This document shows positions 53,221 to 63,680 of a stretch of 64,000 nucleotides of DNA, piece by piece. The notes under the pieces were generated by a model. That model ran no database searches and was not told the DNA's origin. It worked only from the letters and a program-made list of their open reading frames with translations. The translations under genes were made by a program, and so were the position numbers. Source of the stretch: an uncultured Planctomycetaceae bacterium (GTDB lineage: Bacteria; Planctomycetota; Planctomycetia; Planctomycetales; Planctomycetaceae); assembly GCA_963815195.1 (NCBI GenBank), contig CAWFGE010000013.1:384001-448000 (forward strand), written 5' to 3'. Position 1 is the stretch's first letter; every line of letters starts with the position of its first letter.

Positions 53221-53784
53221 TCACAATCGGATCGGAGACAGACTCGTTTCCTGGAAATGCTGCGACCATTGGTAGCGGGAATTGTAGCAATGGCCGCCAA
53301 TGGACCGTGCGCAGCAGTTGGGATCCGGTTGCCGGACGTAGTACGAAGGTCCGTATGTCGTATACGAATCGAAGATATACGGCCGCCTGTAATCCATCCG
53401 GTGCGAAGTGGACGGGCGGGCAAACAGATTCCCATAACCGCGCGGCTTGAAAGGATCGGCCAGGCTGCAGCGTTCCCGCTTGGTCAATCCCCAGGCCTTC
53501 GGGAGAAACCACAGCCCGAAGAATCGATTGGGAAGATCGTAGTTGGGGTAGCCGTGGGTGGGCGCAAATTCCGGCCCCGGATAGGGATATTGGCGAATCT
53601 CGTCCATCCCGGTGGGCTTCGACCGGGGGCCGGGGGGCATCGGAAGCACGTACCCCTCGGGGAGGTTCGACGACATCGCCTGGTAGGAATTATCGACTGG
53701 CGGTTGCGCTGCGAGGTGGGGAGTGGTGGCGGCCAACAATAACAATCCGCCGATTCCGATAATCGCTCTACGTCCGTGGGACAC
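53221..53784 (-). CDS. Secreted hypothetical protein (Pro/Tyr-rich)
   Basis: GGAGG RBS; signal peptide RRAIIGIGGLLLLAA..LAA-Q. Confidence 0.65.
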   Translation of the reverse strand: MSHGRRAIIGIGGLLLLAATTPHLAAQPPVDNSYQAMSSNLPEGYVLPMPPGPRSKPTGMDEIRQYPYPGPEFAPTHGYPNYDLPNRFFGLWFLPKAWGLTKRERCSLADPFKPRGYGNLFARPSTSHRMDYRRPYIFDSYTTYGPSYYVRQPDPNCCARSIGGHCYNSRYQWSQHFQETSLSPIRL

Positions 53785-53973
53785 GACATGACCTCCCTGT
53801 GGCTGAACGGTTCCGCAGAATCCTCTCGCCGCCTCCTTGGGACGAAACAGACCCTTTCCTCCAATCTATCGAACGAGGCCCCGGGCAGATGTTGGCCAAA
53901 CCCGCATCTCCTTCCAAAACGAAGGCGATGGAAAAGGCATACGCCGCATAACCGGCACAACCCGACCGTTTCA

Positions 53974-56047
53974 TCAGGGCCGTGCAGACAGCGCCGCTTT
54001 GCGGACGGAGAAATGATCGTCCCCGGAAAACACCAGCCAAAGGGTCTCGCCGCCCGCATCCATCCAGCGGGTGGGGAAGCTCGACGTTTCTCCGGATCCC
54101 ACGTCCCAATCCTCGGTAGAAAACACCGTCGTCCAAGGCCCCCAGGGCGCGGGGGCATCGTAGATTCCCAGACCGCCCTGAAACCGCGTGTCCTCCCCAG
54201 GCCCGGTCTGGCACCACAAATACCGCTTCGTGGGCGCGTGATAACTCACCCCCGAGCGATAGCACGCCCCGGCATGCGAAAACGCCGCCCCACGGTGTTC
54301 AATTTCTTTCGTCCACCGTGGCTCGTTATTCTCCAACGATTCAAAAAACTCGTACCGCTCGCGATTGCGGATTTGATGTTTCGGAACGCGGGCGAGCACC
54401 ATGCGGTCGGCCCGCTTGTAGGCGCTGTCGGAATCCTGCGAATAGATGTAGACAAACTCATCCCGGGCCCCGGCATAGTTCTTGCCGAACTGCAAAAAAG
54501 TCGGGCAACTGAAACTCGTCGTGAATTTCCAATCGCACCACTCCCAGGTCTTGCCCTGGTCGGCGGACCAGGCCAACTGGGAATTGCCGGCGTTCCGCGC
54601 CCACAAATACAAGATGCCCTCCACCATCAGGATCCCGCTGGCTTTCTTGCCCTTGGCCCCATCGCCGATTTGCTCGATTGTGGGAGACCGCAGATTCTCG
54701 CCTTCAAATGTTCGGCGGCATGCCGCTCACCACCGCGAGGCCCAGGCTGAGCTTTCGATCGACAAACGGCTCGAACCCCCGGCCGTCGCCGTAAGCCGTG
54801 TAAAGCCGATCGTCATCGCCCCAGGTCGTCGGCCAATTGTCCGAGCCGCGGGCTTTGCGAACGATCGTTTCCGCCGGGGCCCATTCGATCGTTTGAAACA
54901 CCGGACTCGGCGGATACGGGGCTTCGGATGTTTTCTTCGCGGCGGTTTTTGTTGACTTCGGTTCTGCCGATGCGGATTGTTTGTCTTTTACGGAAGCCGC
55001 GATCGGTTTCAGAAAGCCTTCGAGCACCGCATAATGCTCTTTGGAAGTCCGCTTCCAGGATTTTCCCGCGCGGGCGGCGACCACATCCAAGCTGGGAATC
55101 ACCACGATCAAGCTGTCGTAAAGCCCCCAGGACCAATAGGCATCGCGAGGCAAACCGGCGATCGTGCCGTCGGCGTTGTTCCACCACAACAGCCCGTAAT
55201 GATCGGAGGCGTTGCCGTATTGCTCGGGAGCGACTTCGGGCAGCCCCTGGACTTCCTTCACCGTCGTCCCGGCCTGTTTGACGAAATCTGAGGGCAGAAT
55301 GTGTTTATCCCGCCATTGGCCGTTCCGCAGATACAGGTAACCGATGCGGGCCATTGCGTTCACATTGGCATGCACGCCGGAGCCGAACTCCCGCCGGGCG
55401 ATGCCTTCGATTTTGTGCGGGCGGTATTGGTTGTTCCGCCAGGTGAGGTCTTGATGAGTTATCCCCAAGGGCGTAAACACCCGCTCGAACATCATCTCCT
55501 CCACATCCCGGCGGTAGGCGAGCGCGACGCATTCCGCGAGCCAGTTTGGGCCGCCGTCGCTGTAGGCCCATTTGCTGCCGGGCGGAAACAGCAGCTTTTC
55601 GTAACCGCCGGGTTTCGCAAACCCCGCCGTCTGCGTGGCGAGATGTTTGAGTGTGATGTCCCCGAGCCAGCCCGTCTTGGCGTTCGTTTCCGGGGGCGTG
55701 CCAAACTGCGGATGCCGATCCGCGGCTTTGTCCGTCAGTTTGAGTTTCCCATCCCCGATCGCCACGCCGAGCGCGGTCGCCCCGATGGACTTCGTCGAGG
55801 ATTTTAGATCATACCGCTGGCCCACATCGCCCCAGGACATCACCAGATAACCGTGCCGGGTCACAAACCCCGACCCGCCGCCGGTGAGGGCGTAGTCCCT
55901 GGCTTTTTGCAAAAGCGAAGCGTCCATGCCCACGTCCGCCGGCGTCTTCTTGACCCACTCCTTCCCCGGATAAACCGCCTCATCCGCCGCCCGGCTTATT
56001 TCTCCAACCCCCAACAAGAAAACCAGGACCAACAGGTTTCGAACCAT
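53974..56047 (-). CDS. Secreted beta-lactamase-fold serine hydrolase fused to a DUF4185-like domain; apparent frameshift near 54708
   Basis: AAGGAG RBS and signal peptide; SxxK (KSSTKS), PGSKWAYSD, MARIGYLYL, YGLLWW; C-domain GSDNWPTTWGDDDRLYTAYGDG, APAPWGPW. Confidence 0.8.
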
Positions 56048-56218
56048 CACACTTCTCCTTCCAATTGCGCGTATGCCACGAAATTCCGAGCCCTTTGTGT
56101 GTTCGTGGCGACTTGTACGATACCACAACCCGGCCCGGGGATCGCTGCATCGGCCTTTGGAATTTGGTATGCTCGCGAAGTCGAACGGTTTTTGCTCCCT
56201 GGTCTCTGAGTGTGCTCC

Positions 56219-57437
56219 ATGATTGCTTCCGAATGGCTGGCCGACGAACCTTGGCTCAGGTGGCGGGATGAATGGTCGCTGGACGAGGATGTGATTTATC
56301 TGAATCACGGCTCGTTTGGACCGTCGCCGCGCTGCGTGCAGGAAGCCCGCCGGAAGTGGAGCCAAACGCTCGAATCGCAGCCGATGGATTTCTTTCTGAG
56401 GCAACTCGAAACCCATCTGGATCACGCGACGGCCCGCCTGGGCGAACTGGTCGGAGCCGACGCCGGCGATTTGATCTTCGTGGACAACGCGACCTTCGGC
56501 ATGAACATCGTCGCCGCGAGCGTGGCTCTCGAAGCGGGGGACGAGGTGTTGCTCACCGATCACGAATACGGAGCGGTGCAGCGGATTCTGGCGGCACGCG
56601 GCGAATCGCGCGGAAGCGGAACTGGTGACCGCGAACCTGCCGTTCCCTGTGACCTCGGCGTCCGAACTGGTGGACCAACTGTTGGCCCACGTCACCGAGC
56701 GGACGAAGTTGATCGTCGTCAGCCACATCACGTCGCCGACGGCGCTGACTCTGCCCGTCGCTGAGATTTGCCGGCGGGCGAGAGCCCGGCGGGTGGCGGT
56801 GTGCGTGGACGGTCCGCACGCCGTGGGAATGGTGCCTTTCCACCTAGGGCAGATGGAGCCGGACTTCTACGTCGCGAGCCTCCACAAATGGCTCTCGGCC
56901 CCGTTCGGCAGCGGGTTTCTGTACGCGGCGAAGCGTCGGCAGTCTTCGATGCAGCCGTGCGTTACGAGTTGGGGCGGGAGCCTCGAAGGCCGGCCGAGTT
57001 CCTGGAAGGATGAGTTCCGCTGGATCGGCACCCGCGACCCGTCCGCGTTTTTGTCCGTGCCTGCGGCGATTGACTTTTTGGAGGATTCGGGCCTCGAAGA
57101 TTTTCGCCACCGCACCCATGCCCTCGCCGGCTATGCTCGCGAGCAAGTGCTGAATCTCACGGGACTCACCCCGCCTTGGCCGGACGAATTGACCTGGTAC
57201 GGCTCGATGATCGCATTGCCGCTGCCGAAAGCTCCCGAAGCTCCGCCGGCGGGCGTCCAACGCGATCCGCTGCAACATGCGCTTTGGAAGCGTTACCAGA
57301 TCGAAGTCCCGATCATCCACTGGCGCGGCCATCGTTTGCTAAGGGTGTCCTGCCATCTCTACAACACCCAAGCCGACATCGACCGCATGGTCGCGGCACT
57401 CAAAGAACTCCTCGCCGAAGAACGAGCCGCCCAATAA
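56219..57437 (+). CDS. PLP-dependent class V aminotransferase (CefD/cysteine desulfurase-like); apparent frameshift near 56586
   Basis: YLNHGSFG, SHITSPTA, VDGPH, SLHKW, GTRD, RVSCHLYN. Confidence 0.88.
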
Positions 57438-57450
57438 TTGAAAGGCATTA

Positions 57451-57517
57451 CATTAGCCGCAGGGGGGCACCGCCCGCAGGGTGGTCCGCCCCGGTTCGCT
57501 GCGGTAACCGGCTAATG
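57451..57517. repeat. Degenerate REP-like element with CATTAGCCG / CGGCTAATG ends
   Basis: 9-bp terminal inverted repeat in an intergenic spacer. Confidence 0.5.
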
Positions 57518-57558
57518 ATTACGGATGACACCAGCGAATTGTGAAGAGATTTTACCAC

Positions 57559-58731
57559 ATGATGCAATATGATTTTTTCTCGCCGCAACAGATCGTGTTT
57601 GGCTGGGGCCGGCGGAACGAAGCGGGGGAACTGGCGAAGACCTTGGGCCGCCGGGCGTTTGTGGTCAATGGCTCCCAGACGTTGGCGGCGGGCGGCGTCT
57701 TGAACGAGATCACCGACTCGCTTCGAACCGCCGGTCTTGAGGTTGTCGAATTGGTGACGATCTCGCGGGAACCGGAAGTGGCCGACGTGGACGCCGCGGT
57801 CGGGGCGATCTTGAAATATCAACCGGTGGCCGGTGATTTTGTGCTGGGCCTCGGCGGCGGGGCGGCGATGGACTTAAGTAAAGCCGTCGCAGCGCTCGCG
57901 ACGAATCGGCAGGGGCGTTCCGTCAAGGATTTTTTAGAAGGCGTGGGCGCGGGATTAAAAATCGAACACGAACCGCTGCCTTTGATGGTCCTGCCGACCA
58001 CGGCGGGCACCGGTTCGGAAGCCACGAAGAACGCGGTGATTTCCTGTTACGATCCGCCGTTCAAAAAGAGTTTAAGGTCCGCGAAGATGGTCCCCAATGT
58101 CGTGTTGGTCGATCCGGAACTGACGGTGAGCGTGCCTCCGCTCATCACGGCTCATACGGGGATGGATGCGATTACGCAGTTGATCGAAAGCTTTCTCTCC
58201 CGCCGGGCGAAACCAATTCCGCAGGCGCTGTGTCTCGCGGGACTCAAGAACGCCGTCCCCGCGCTCATCGAAGCCGAGCGAAATCCCGACAGCCGCCCGG
58301 CTCGCGAAACAATGTCGCACGCGGCTCTCTTATCGGGGATGGCATTGGCGAATTCCGGATTGGGCCTGGCCCACGGCGTCGCGGCGGCCTTGGGCGTTCA
58401 TTGCCGAGTTCCGCACGGCCTGGCCTGTGCCGTGATGTTGCCGACGGCAATCCGCATCAATGCCGATGTCTGTGAGGACCGCCTGCCCGAACTCGCGTCG
58501 GCTTTGACGGGAAAGGTGATCGAAGATCCCGAAACGGCGAAGCGGGTTTGCATGGAGACCATCGAATCTCTTGCCGAGGCGGTGGGCATTCCGCGGCGGC
58601 TATCGGAAATCGGCGTGACGGCCGACCAGATCCCGGCCCTCGTTCAAAGCTCGCGCGGCAACAGCATGAGCGGCAATCCCCGCGACGTTTCCGACGAGGA
58701 ACTCCAAACGCTGTTGGAGGGCTTGTTGTGA
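57559..58731 (+). CDS. Iron-containing alcohol dehydrogenase
   Basis: GLGGGAAMD, PTTAGTGSEAT, GMDAITQLIE, GLAHG, HGLAC. Confidence 0.92.
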   Translation: MMQYDFFSPQQIVFGWGRRNEAGELAKTLGRRAFVVNGSQTLAAGGVLNEITDSLRTAGLEVVELVTISREPEVADVDAAVGAILKYQPVAGDFVLGLGGGAAMDLSKAVAALATNRQGRSVKDFLEGVGAGLKIEHEPLPLMVLPTTAGTGSEATKNAVISCYDPPFKKSLRSAKMVPNVVLVDPELTVSVPPLITAHTGMDAITQLIESFLSRRAKPIPQALCLAGLKNAVPALIEAERNPDSRPARETMSHAALLSGMALANSGLGLAHGVAAALGVHCRVPHGLACAVMLPTAIRINADVCEDRLPELASALTGKVIEDPETAKRVCMETIESLAEAVGIPRRLSEIGVTADQIPALVQSSRGNSMSGNPRDVSDEELQTLLEGLL

Positions 58732-59654
58732 TCCTCGCCGCCGGTTTGACGCCCGCCTGGCAGCAGATTTTCTGCTTCGATCGTTTCGCGCCGGGCGAGG
58801 TCAACCGCGCGATCCGCGTGGAAGCCTGCGCTTTGGGGAAGGTGCTCAACGTGGGGATGGCGGTGCATGCTCTCGGGGCCGAAGTGCGGACGTTGTCCCT
58901 GCTCGGCGGGCAAGCGGGCGAAGCGATCCGCGAGGAGTTCGCCCAGCGAAACATCCCCGCGCGGTGGATCAAATCTCGAACCGCAACCCGCACGTGCACG
59001 ACGATTCTTGACAATCAAACTCATCAGACGACGGAACTGGTCGAGAACTCGGCGGCGCTCGCGGCGGAAGAGTTAAACCGTTTCCGCGAGGCGTTTCGCG
59101 AAGAAGCGGCGCGTGCGGATTGGGTGGTGCTCTCCGGTTCGCTGCCGGCGGGCGTTCCCGAGACGTTTTATCGCGAGTTGATGGAAGACTGCCGGGGGCC
59201 GGTGGTGTTGGATATTCGCGGCGCGGAACTTCAGGCGGCGCTCGAAGGGCGGCCGTTTCTCGTCAAACCCAATTACGAGGAACTTTCGCGGACGGTGGGC
59301 CGGGAGCTTACCACCGAAGCGGACACGCTCGCGGCGATGCGGGAACTCAATCGGCACGGGGCTACGTGGGTGATCATCACCCACGGTGCCCGGGCTGTGT
59401 TGGCATCAAATGAAACCGAGTCGTTTCGATTGATTCCGCCAAAAATCCCAGTCGTCAATCCCATTGCGTGCGGGGATTGTTTTGCGGCCGGGCTGGTTTG
59501 GGGCTTTCACGAAAACCAATCCCCAGAGGAGGCTCTGCGGCTCGGCACGGCGGCGGCTGCGGAAAATCTCTCTCAACTCCTGCCGGCTCGATTGGACCGC
59601 GACCGCGTCCTGAAACTCGCGCGAACGATTCACGTCGAACCGATCGCCGATTAA
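58728..59654 (+). CDS. PfkB/1-phosphofructokinase-family sugar kinase
   Basis: GKVLNV, LSGSLPAG, VKPNYEEL, NPIACGDCFAAG; GTGA overlap with the ADH gene. Confidence 0.88.
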   Translation: MILAAGLTPAWQQIFCFDRFAPGEVNRAIRVEACALGKVLNVGMAVHALGAEVRTLSLLGGQAGEAIREEFAQRNIPARWIKSRTATRTCTTILDNQTHQTTELVENSAALAAEELNRFREAFREEAARADWVVLSGSLPAGVPETFYRELMEDCRGPVVLDIRGAELQAALEGRPFLVKPNYEELSRTVGRELTTEADTLAAMRELNRHGATWVIITHGARAVLASNETESFRLIPPKIPVVNPIACGDCFAAGLVWGFHENQSPEEALRLGTAAAAENLSQLLPARLDRDRVLKLARTIHVEPIAD

Positions 59655-59656
59655 AT

Positions 59657-61309
59657 TCATTGGCTCGCCTCGCCGGCGGAAATCAAGCCGTCGCCGTTTT
59701 GGTCGAGCTTCTCAAATGCCTTCGAGGTGCCTAAGAATTCCCGCGTCGACACGTCGCCGTCGTTGTTGCGGTCCATGCGGCGAAACCATTCCGGACCGGC
59801 GGCGGTTCGCTGAACTCGTTGGCCGCCCATGGACGGATTGGACACCACCCGGATCCCGCTGAAGCGGCTGAACCGGTTCACATCGCCTTCTAATGTGACG
59901 AGGCGGTATTGCTGCGGGATTTCGCTTTCCGCGACGCGGCCGTCCTTGTCCTTGTCCCAGAGCGCCGCCCGGTCGGGCATGGCCCAGAACTCGCGCTTGG
60001 AAACCCGGCCGTCGCTGTCGCTGTCCAGGATGCGAAACAGATCCCGCCCGCGGTCGGTCACGGTCAGGCGAATCTGCTGGGAAAGCAAGCGGGCGATCGG
60101 CAACATGCCCTCCACCGCCTCGTCGAGGAACAGCTTCTCATCGCGATCCGCATCGAGCACTTCAAACAGGCTCTGCATGTTGCCCAGCCGGCGGGATTCT
60201 TCTTTGTCGATGTAGCCGTTGTTGTCGGCGTCGGCTGCGCGGATTTGCGATTTGAGAACGTCATCCAGCTTCGTCCAGCGTTTGGGCTCGGCGGAGATTT
60301 CCATCTGGACCGTGCCGAGGTTCAAGCTGCCGATGGCGTTCTTGACTTCGCTGTCGAGGTTTTCGTCGTGCTGGAACTCGATCCGCAGACGGCCTTCGAC
60401 AAAACCGCCAAACCGCACGATGACCGTGACATCCGCGCTCGGCGACCGGAGGTACTGCTGGATTTCCTCGAAGTCCCACTTGCCGTTGCCGTCCATGTCG
60501 TGGTTGGCGAACAGTTTTTCGGAAAGCCCCAATTCGTTTCGGCTGAGGGCGTTGTCTCGGGTGGGATCTTTGTCGTATTTGAACGTCAGCTTCTGGGCGA
60601 CCTGGCGGATGGAAGTCTGGTCCGCGAGGCTCAGGAACCGCGTTTGATCTTGTTGCGATGTCGCCATCGCACCGTCCACAACGAAATATTGCGGAAAGTT
60701 CACCGGAATCAGCTCGGCGGAGCTGATGGTTTCATCCTGGTCCAAATCGGATTTCGCCAATGTGGCGAGGGCGTTTTTCTGCTCTTCGCGGGAGAGTTTG
60801 CCGTCCGAATCCCGGTCCAAACGCGCGAACAACAACTTCGCCGCCTGGTTGGGGTCCTGGGGCATGCCCAGCGATGTGAACCTTTGCCCGCGTTGATTCT
60901 GGGACGATTCGATCGTCACCACAAACGGCTTAAAGCCCATGTCTTCGATGGACTCCGCAAAGTCTTTCCGCGCGAGCCCGCCCGGGACCGGCCGAAATCT
61001 CGCGGACTGGCCCGGCTCGAGCGGCCGGAGCACGGACAACAACCGCGTATTCGTCAGCTTGCCCAACTCCTGGGCGGAGAGCTTGCCATCCTCGTCTTTG
61101 TCGAGCATTTTGAAATAATCGTCCAGAAACTTCTCCCAAGCTTCGCCGAACGGCTTTCCGTCCACCGTGACTTGGAAGCGGAGCGTGATCAGGCGGTTGT
61201 CGTCCAGATAGAATAGCGTCTGCGGCTTGTCCTCGGCGGCGGAGGCCTGCCTTCGTTCGGATCCCAGAAATCCGCCGATCAGCACGAGAAGTATTGCTGC
61301 GCGTTTCAT
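59657..61309 (-). CDS. Secreted multi-EF-hand protein
   Basis: Signal peptide; repeated DxDxDG loops (DKDEDGKLS, DRDSDGKLS, DMDGNGKWD, DADNNGYID, DRNNDGDVS, DQNGDGLIS). Confidence 0.88.
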   Translation of the reverse strand: MKRAAILLVLIGGFLGSERRQASAAEDKPQTLFYLDDNRLITLRFQVTVDGKPFGEAWEKFLDDYFKMLDKDEDGKLSAQELGKLTNTRLLSVLRPLEPGQSARFRPVPGGLARKDFAESIEDMGFKPFVVTIESSQNQRGQRFTSLGMPQDPNQAAKLLFARLDRDSDGKLSREEQKNALATLAKSDLDQDETISSAELIPVNFPQYFVVDGAMATSQQDQTRFLSLADQTSIRQVAQKLTFKYDKDPTRDNALSRNELGLSEKLFANHDMDGNGKWDFEEIQQYLRSPSADVTVIVRFGGFVEGRLRIEFQHDENLDSEVKNAIGSLNLGTVQMEISAEPKRWTKLDDVLKSQIRAADADNNGYIDKEESRRLGNMQSLFEVLDADRDEKLFLDEAVEGMLPIARLLSQQIRLTVTDRGRDLFRILDSDSDGRVSKREFWAMPDRAALWDKDKDGRVAESEIPQQYRLVTLEGDVNRFSRFSGIRVVSNPSMGGQRVQRTAAGPEWFRRMDRNNDGDVSTREFLGTSKAFEKLDQNGDGLISAGEASQ

Positions 61310-62646
61310 GAGAGCACCTCCGTCACGGGTTTGGCTTCGGGATTGGCGAGGCGGATGGGCCGGCCGACGTTGGACATGTTTTGCTTCATGGGATCGAGAC
61401 CCAAGGCCTTGCATACGGTGGCCATCAGGTCGGCGTGAGTCACGGGGCGGTCTTCGACTGTCATGCCGTCGGCACTGGTCTTGCCGATGAACTGCCCGCC
61501 TTTGATCCCGCCGCCCGACAGCACCGTGCTCCAGGCGTTGGGGAAGTGGTCGCGGCCTTTGCTGCCATTGATCTTGGGCGTGCGGCCGAACTCGCCCATC
61601 CAGACGATCAAGGTCGAATCCAACAGCCCGCGGTCTTTGAGGTCGGAAATCAGCGTGGCCCAACCGGGATCCAACACTCCGCAGAGCGCCTTGAGCGCGG
61701 TGAAGTTGTTCTGGTGCGTGTCCCAGCCGAAGGTGTTCGCCCCTTGGACGCCATTGAGCGAAACCTCCACAAACGGCACGCCCCGCTCGATGAGCCGCCG
61801 GGCCAGGAGACAACCCTGCCCGAACAGGTTCCGGCCGTAGCGGTCGCGGAGCTTGTCGTCTTCTTCGTCGAGGTTAAAGGCTTTGACGGCTTCGGAGCGC
61901 ATCATCCGCACGGCTTGCTCGTACGCGGTGCGGTGGCTGGTCGTGGAGACGCCGGGCCGGGCCTGGGCGAAGTCGTCTTCGAGGCCCGCCAACAGGTCCA
62001 AGCGGGCATCGGCCTGGGCGAGTTCGATACCGCCCGGCCGGTCGAGGTTCCGCACTTTGAGGGAGTTTTCGTTGTACTGGCCGCCGATGGAGTTTTGATT
62101 TCCCACGACCAGCGGGGCATGTTTGGGTCCGAGGAAACCCGGGCCATACGCGGCGGGGTTCAAGAACTTGTACGGGGCCACGCTGACATAATCCGGCAGC
62201 TCCGCGCCGGGCGAGGCGAGTTCCTTGCTGAGGAGCGAACCCATCGTGGGATACTGCACCGGGCCGGTGGCGGCGTAGCCGGTTCGCATGACATAAGTCC
62301 CCCGCGAGTGGTCGCCTTCCTTGGTGGACATCGAGCGGATCGGGGCGACGTGCTCCATGACCTTGGCGAGATTCGGCAGATGCTCCGTGATTTTTACGCC
62401 GGGTGCGGACGTGTCGATCGGTTTGAACTCGCCGCCGTTGGCGTGGCCGGGCTTCATATCGAAGGTGTCGGTCTGGCTGGGGCCGCCGGTCATCCACAGC
62501 AAAATGCAGGCGCGTTTGCGTCCTTGGTTTTGGGCGGCTTCTTCGGCCAAGAGGGGCAGCCAATTCGACATCGACAGCCCAAACGTCCCACAGGCCGACA
62601 GCCGGAGCAGTTCCCGGCGGGAGATTTCAAAGGCAGAGCGAGACAT
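61306..62646 (-). CDS. DUF1501 domain protein with Tat signal
   Basis: SRRELL, CILLWMTGGPSQTDTFD, CLLARRLIERGV, WDTH, GEFGRTP, GRDH. Confidence 0.92.
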   Translation of the reverse strand: MSRSAFEISRRELLRLSACGTFGLSMSNWLPLLAEEAAQNQGRKRACILLWMTGGPSQTDTFDMKPGHANGGEFKPIDTSAPGVKITEHLPNLAKVMEHVAPIRSMSTKEGDHSRGTYVMRTGYAATGPVQYPTMGSLLSKELASPGAELPDYVSVAPYKFLNPAAYGPGFLGPKHAPLVVGNQNSIGGQYNENSLKVRNLDRPGGIELAQADARLDLLAGLEDDFAQARPGVSTTSHRTAYEQAVRMMRSEAVKAFNLDEEDDKLRDRYGRNLFGQGCLLARRLIERGVPFVEVSLNGVQGANTFGWDTHQNNFTALKALCGVLDPGWATLISDLKDRGLLDSTLIVWMGEFGRTPKINGSKGRDHFPNAWSTVLSGGGIKGGQFIGKTSADGMTVEDRPVTHADLMATVCKALGLDPMKQNMSNVGRPIRLANPEAKPVTEVLS

Positions 62647-62714
62647 GGCATGGTTCCTAAAAAAGCGAAGTGAGCAAGAATGGGCGAAATGGGTCCTGAA
62701 CGATTCCTGAAAAA

Positions 62715-63155
62715 TCACCGGGGATGGGAAATAGGTTCTTTCGCAGCAGGCGGGCGAGTTTGTTGAGAATTGAGAATTGTTTTCTCGTCGAGCTTGTAGT
62801 GTTTGAGGATGTTTTCTCCCAAGCCGCGATTATGCTTCAACAGAGCAATGTCGAGCCAGGGGTTGTCCGTAATCGCTTTCAGCAACGGCAAGTAGGCGTC
62901 GAGGCTGACTCCGCTTTCCACAAGAAACGCCACAGAGACAAGGCTGCCCCACCCTTTGGCGTTTTTGAGGATCTCCCTCGCCTTGGCAATGGAGATCTTT
63001 TGTTGTTGCTCCTCTTGGATGTCGGAATAAATGGAGACGTGAATCGTTTTGCCGTCTCCCTTTTGAACGACGACGGCAATGGACCGGGACTCCGCCTGGG
63101 CCATCGCGGGCAGGAGCACAATCAACGCCAACCCAAACAAACAGAATCTCATCAT
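62715..63155 (-). CDS. Small secreted hypothetical protein
   Basis: AGGAG RBS; signal peptide ..AMAQA-E. Confidence 0.7.
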   Translation of the reverse strand: MMRFCLFGLALIVLLPAMAQAESRSIAVVVQKGDGKTIHVSIYSDIQEEQQQKISIAKAREILKNAKGWGSLVSVAFLVESGVSLDAYLPLLKAITDNPWLDIALLKHNRGLGENILKHYKLDEKTILNSQQTRPPAAKEPISHPR

Positions 63156-63172
63156 TTATCTCCTCAAGGAAT

Positions 63173-63661
63173 CTACCGCTTCTTTCCCGGCGGCTTTGAT
63201 TTCGGCAGCGCCTCGAACACGGTTTTCATGAAGTCTTTGTCGAGGCGCGAGCCATAGGAAAAGTTAATCACATAGTGTCCCTGGCCGTCTTCTGTCTTCG
63301 GACGGTCGATGTAGGTCTGCCAATAGGGTTCCCCGAGGATTTGCGGCACCACGGCGGCTCCCTCGTATTTTCCTTCCTGCACCGAGAGAGAAAGCACGAA
63401 GCCTTCGGCGTTGGGACCCTCGACTCGGTCGGTCGTCTCCAGGATTTCTCCAGTCTTCAAGTGTCGGTGGACAGTAAAAATCATCGTGCCGTGTTTTGCG
63501 CTGAGCCAGCCGTTCTTTTGCGTGATCTCTACGTCGGGGTAATGTTGACGCACGATCTTCTGAATCCGGTCGGCGAGTTCCTTCGGAATTTCAGCATCGG
63601 CCACGGCGATCGAGTCGGCGAGACCTATCGCCACGAGAAGCAAGGCGGCCTTGAATGGCAT
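63173..63661 (-). CDS. Small secreted hypothetical protein
   Basis: GGAG RBS; signal peptide ..IAVA-D. Confidence 0.7.
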   Translation of the reverse strand: MPFKAALLLVAIGLADSIAVADAEIPKELADRIQKIVRQHYPDVEITQKNGWLSAKHGTMIFTVHRHLKTGEILETTDRVEGPNAEGFVLSLSVQEGKYEGAAVVPQILGEPYWQTYIDRPKTEDGQGHYVINFSYGSRLDKDFMKTVFEALPKSKPPGKKR

Positions 63662-63680
63662 CGCGTTCTCTCCATTTGCT

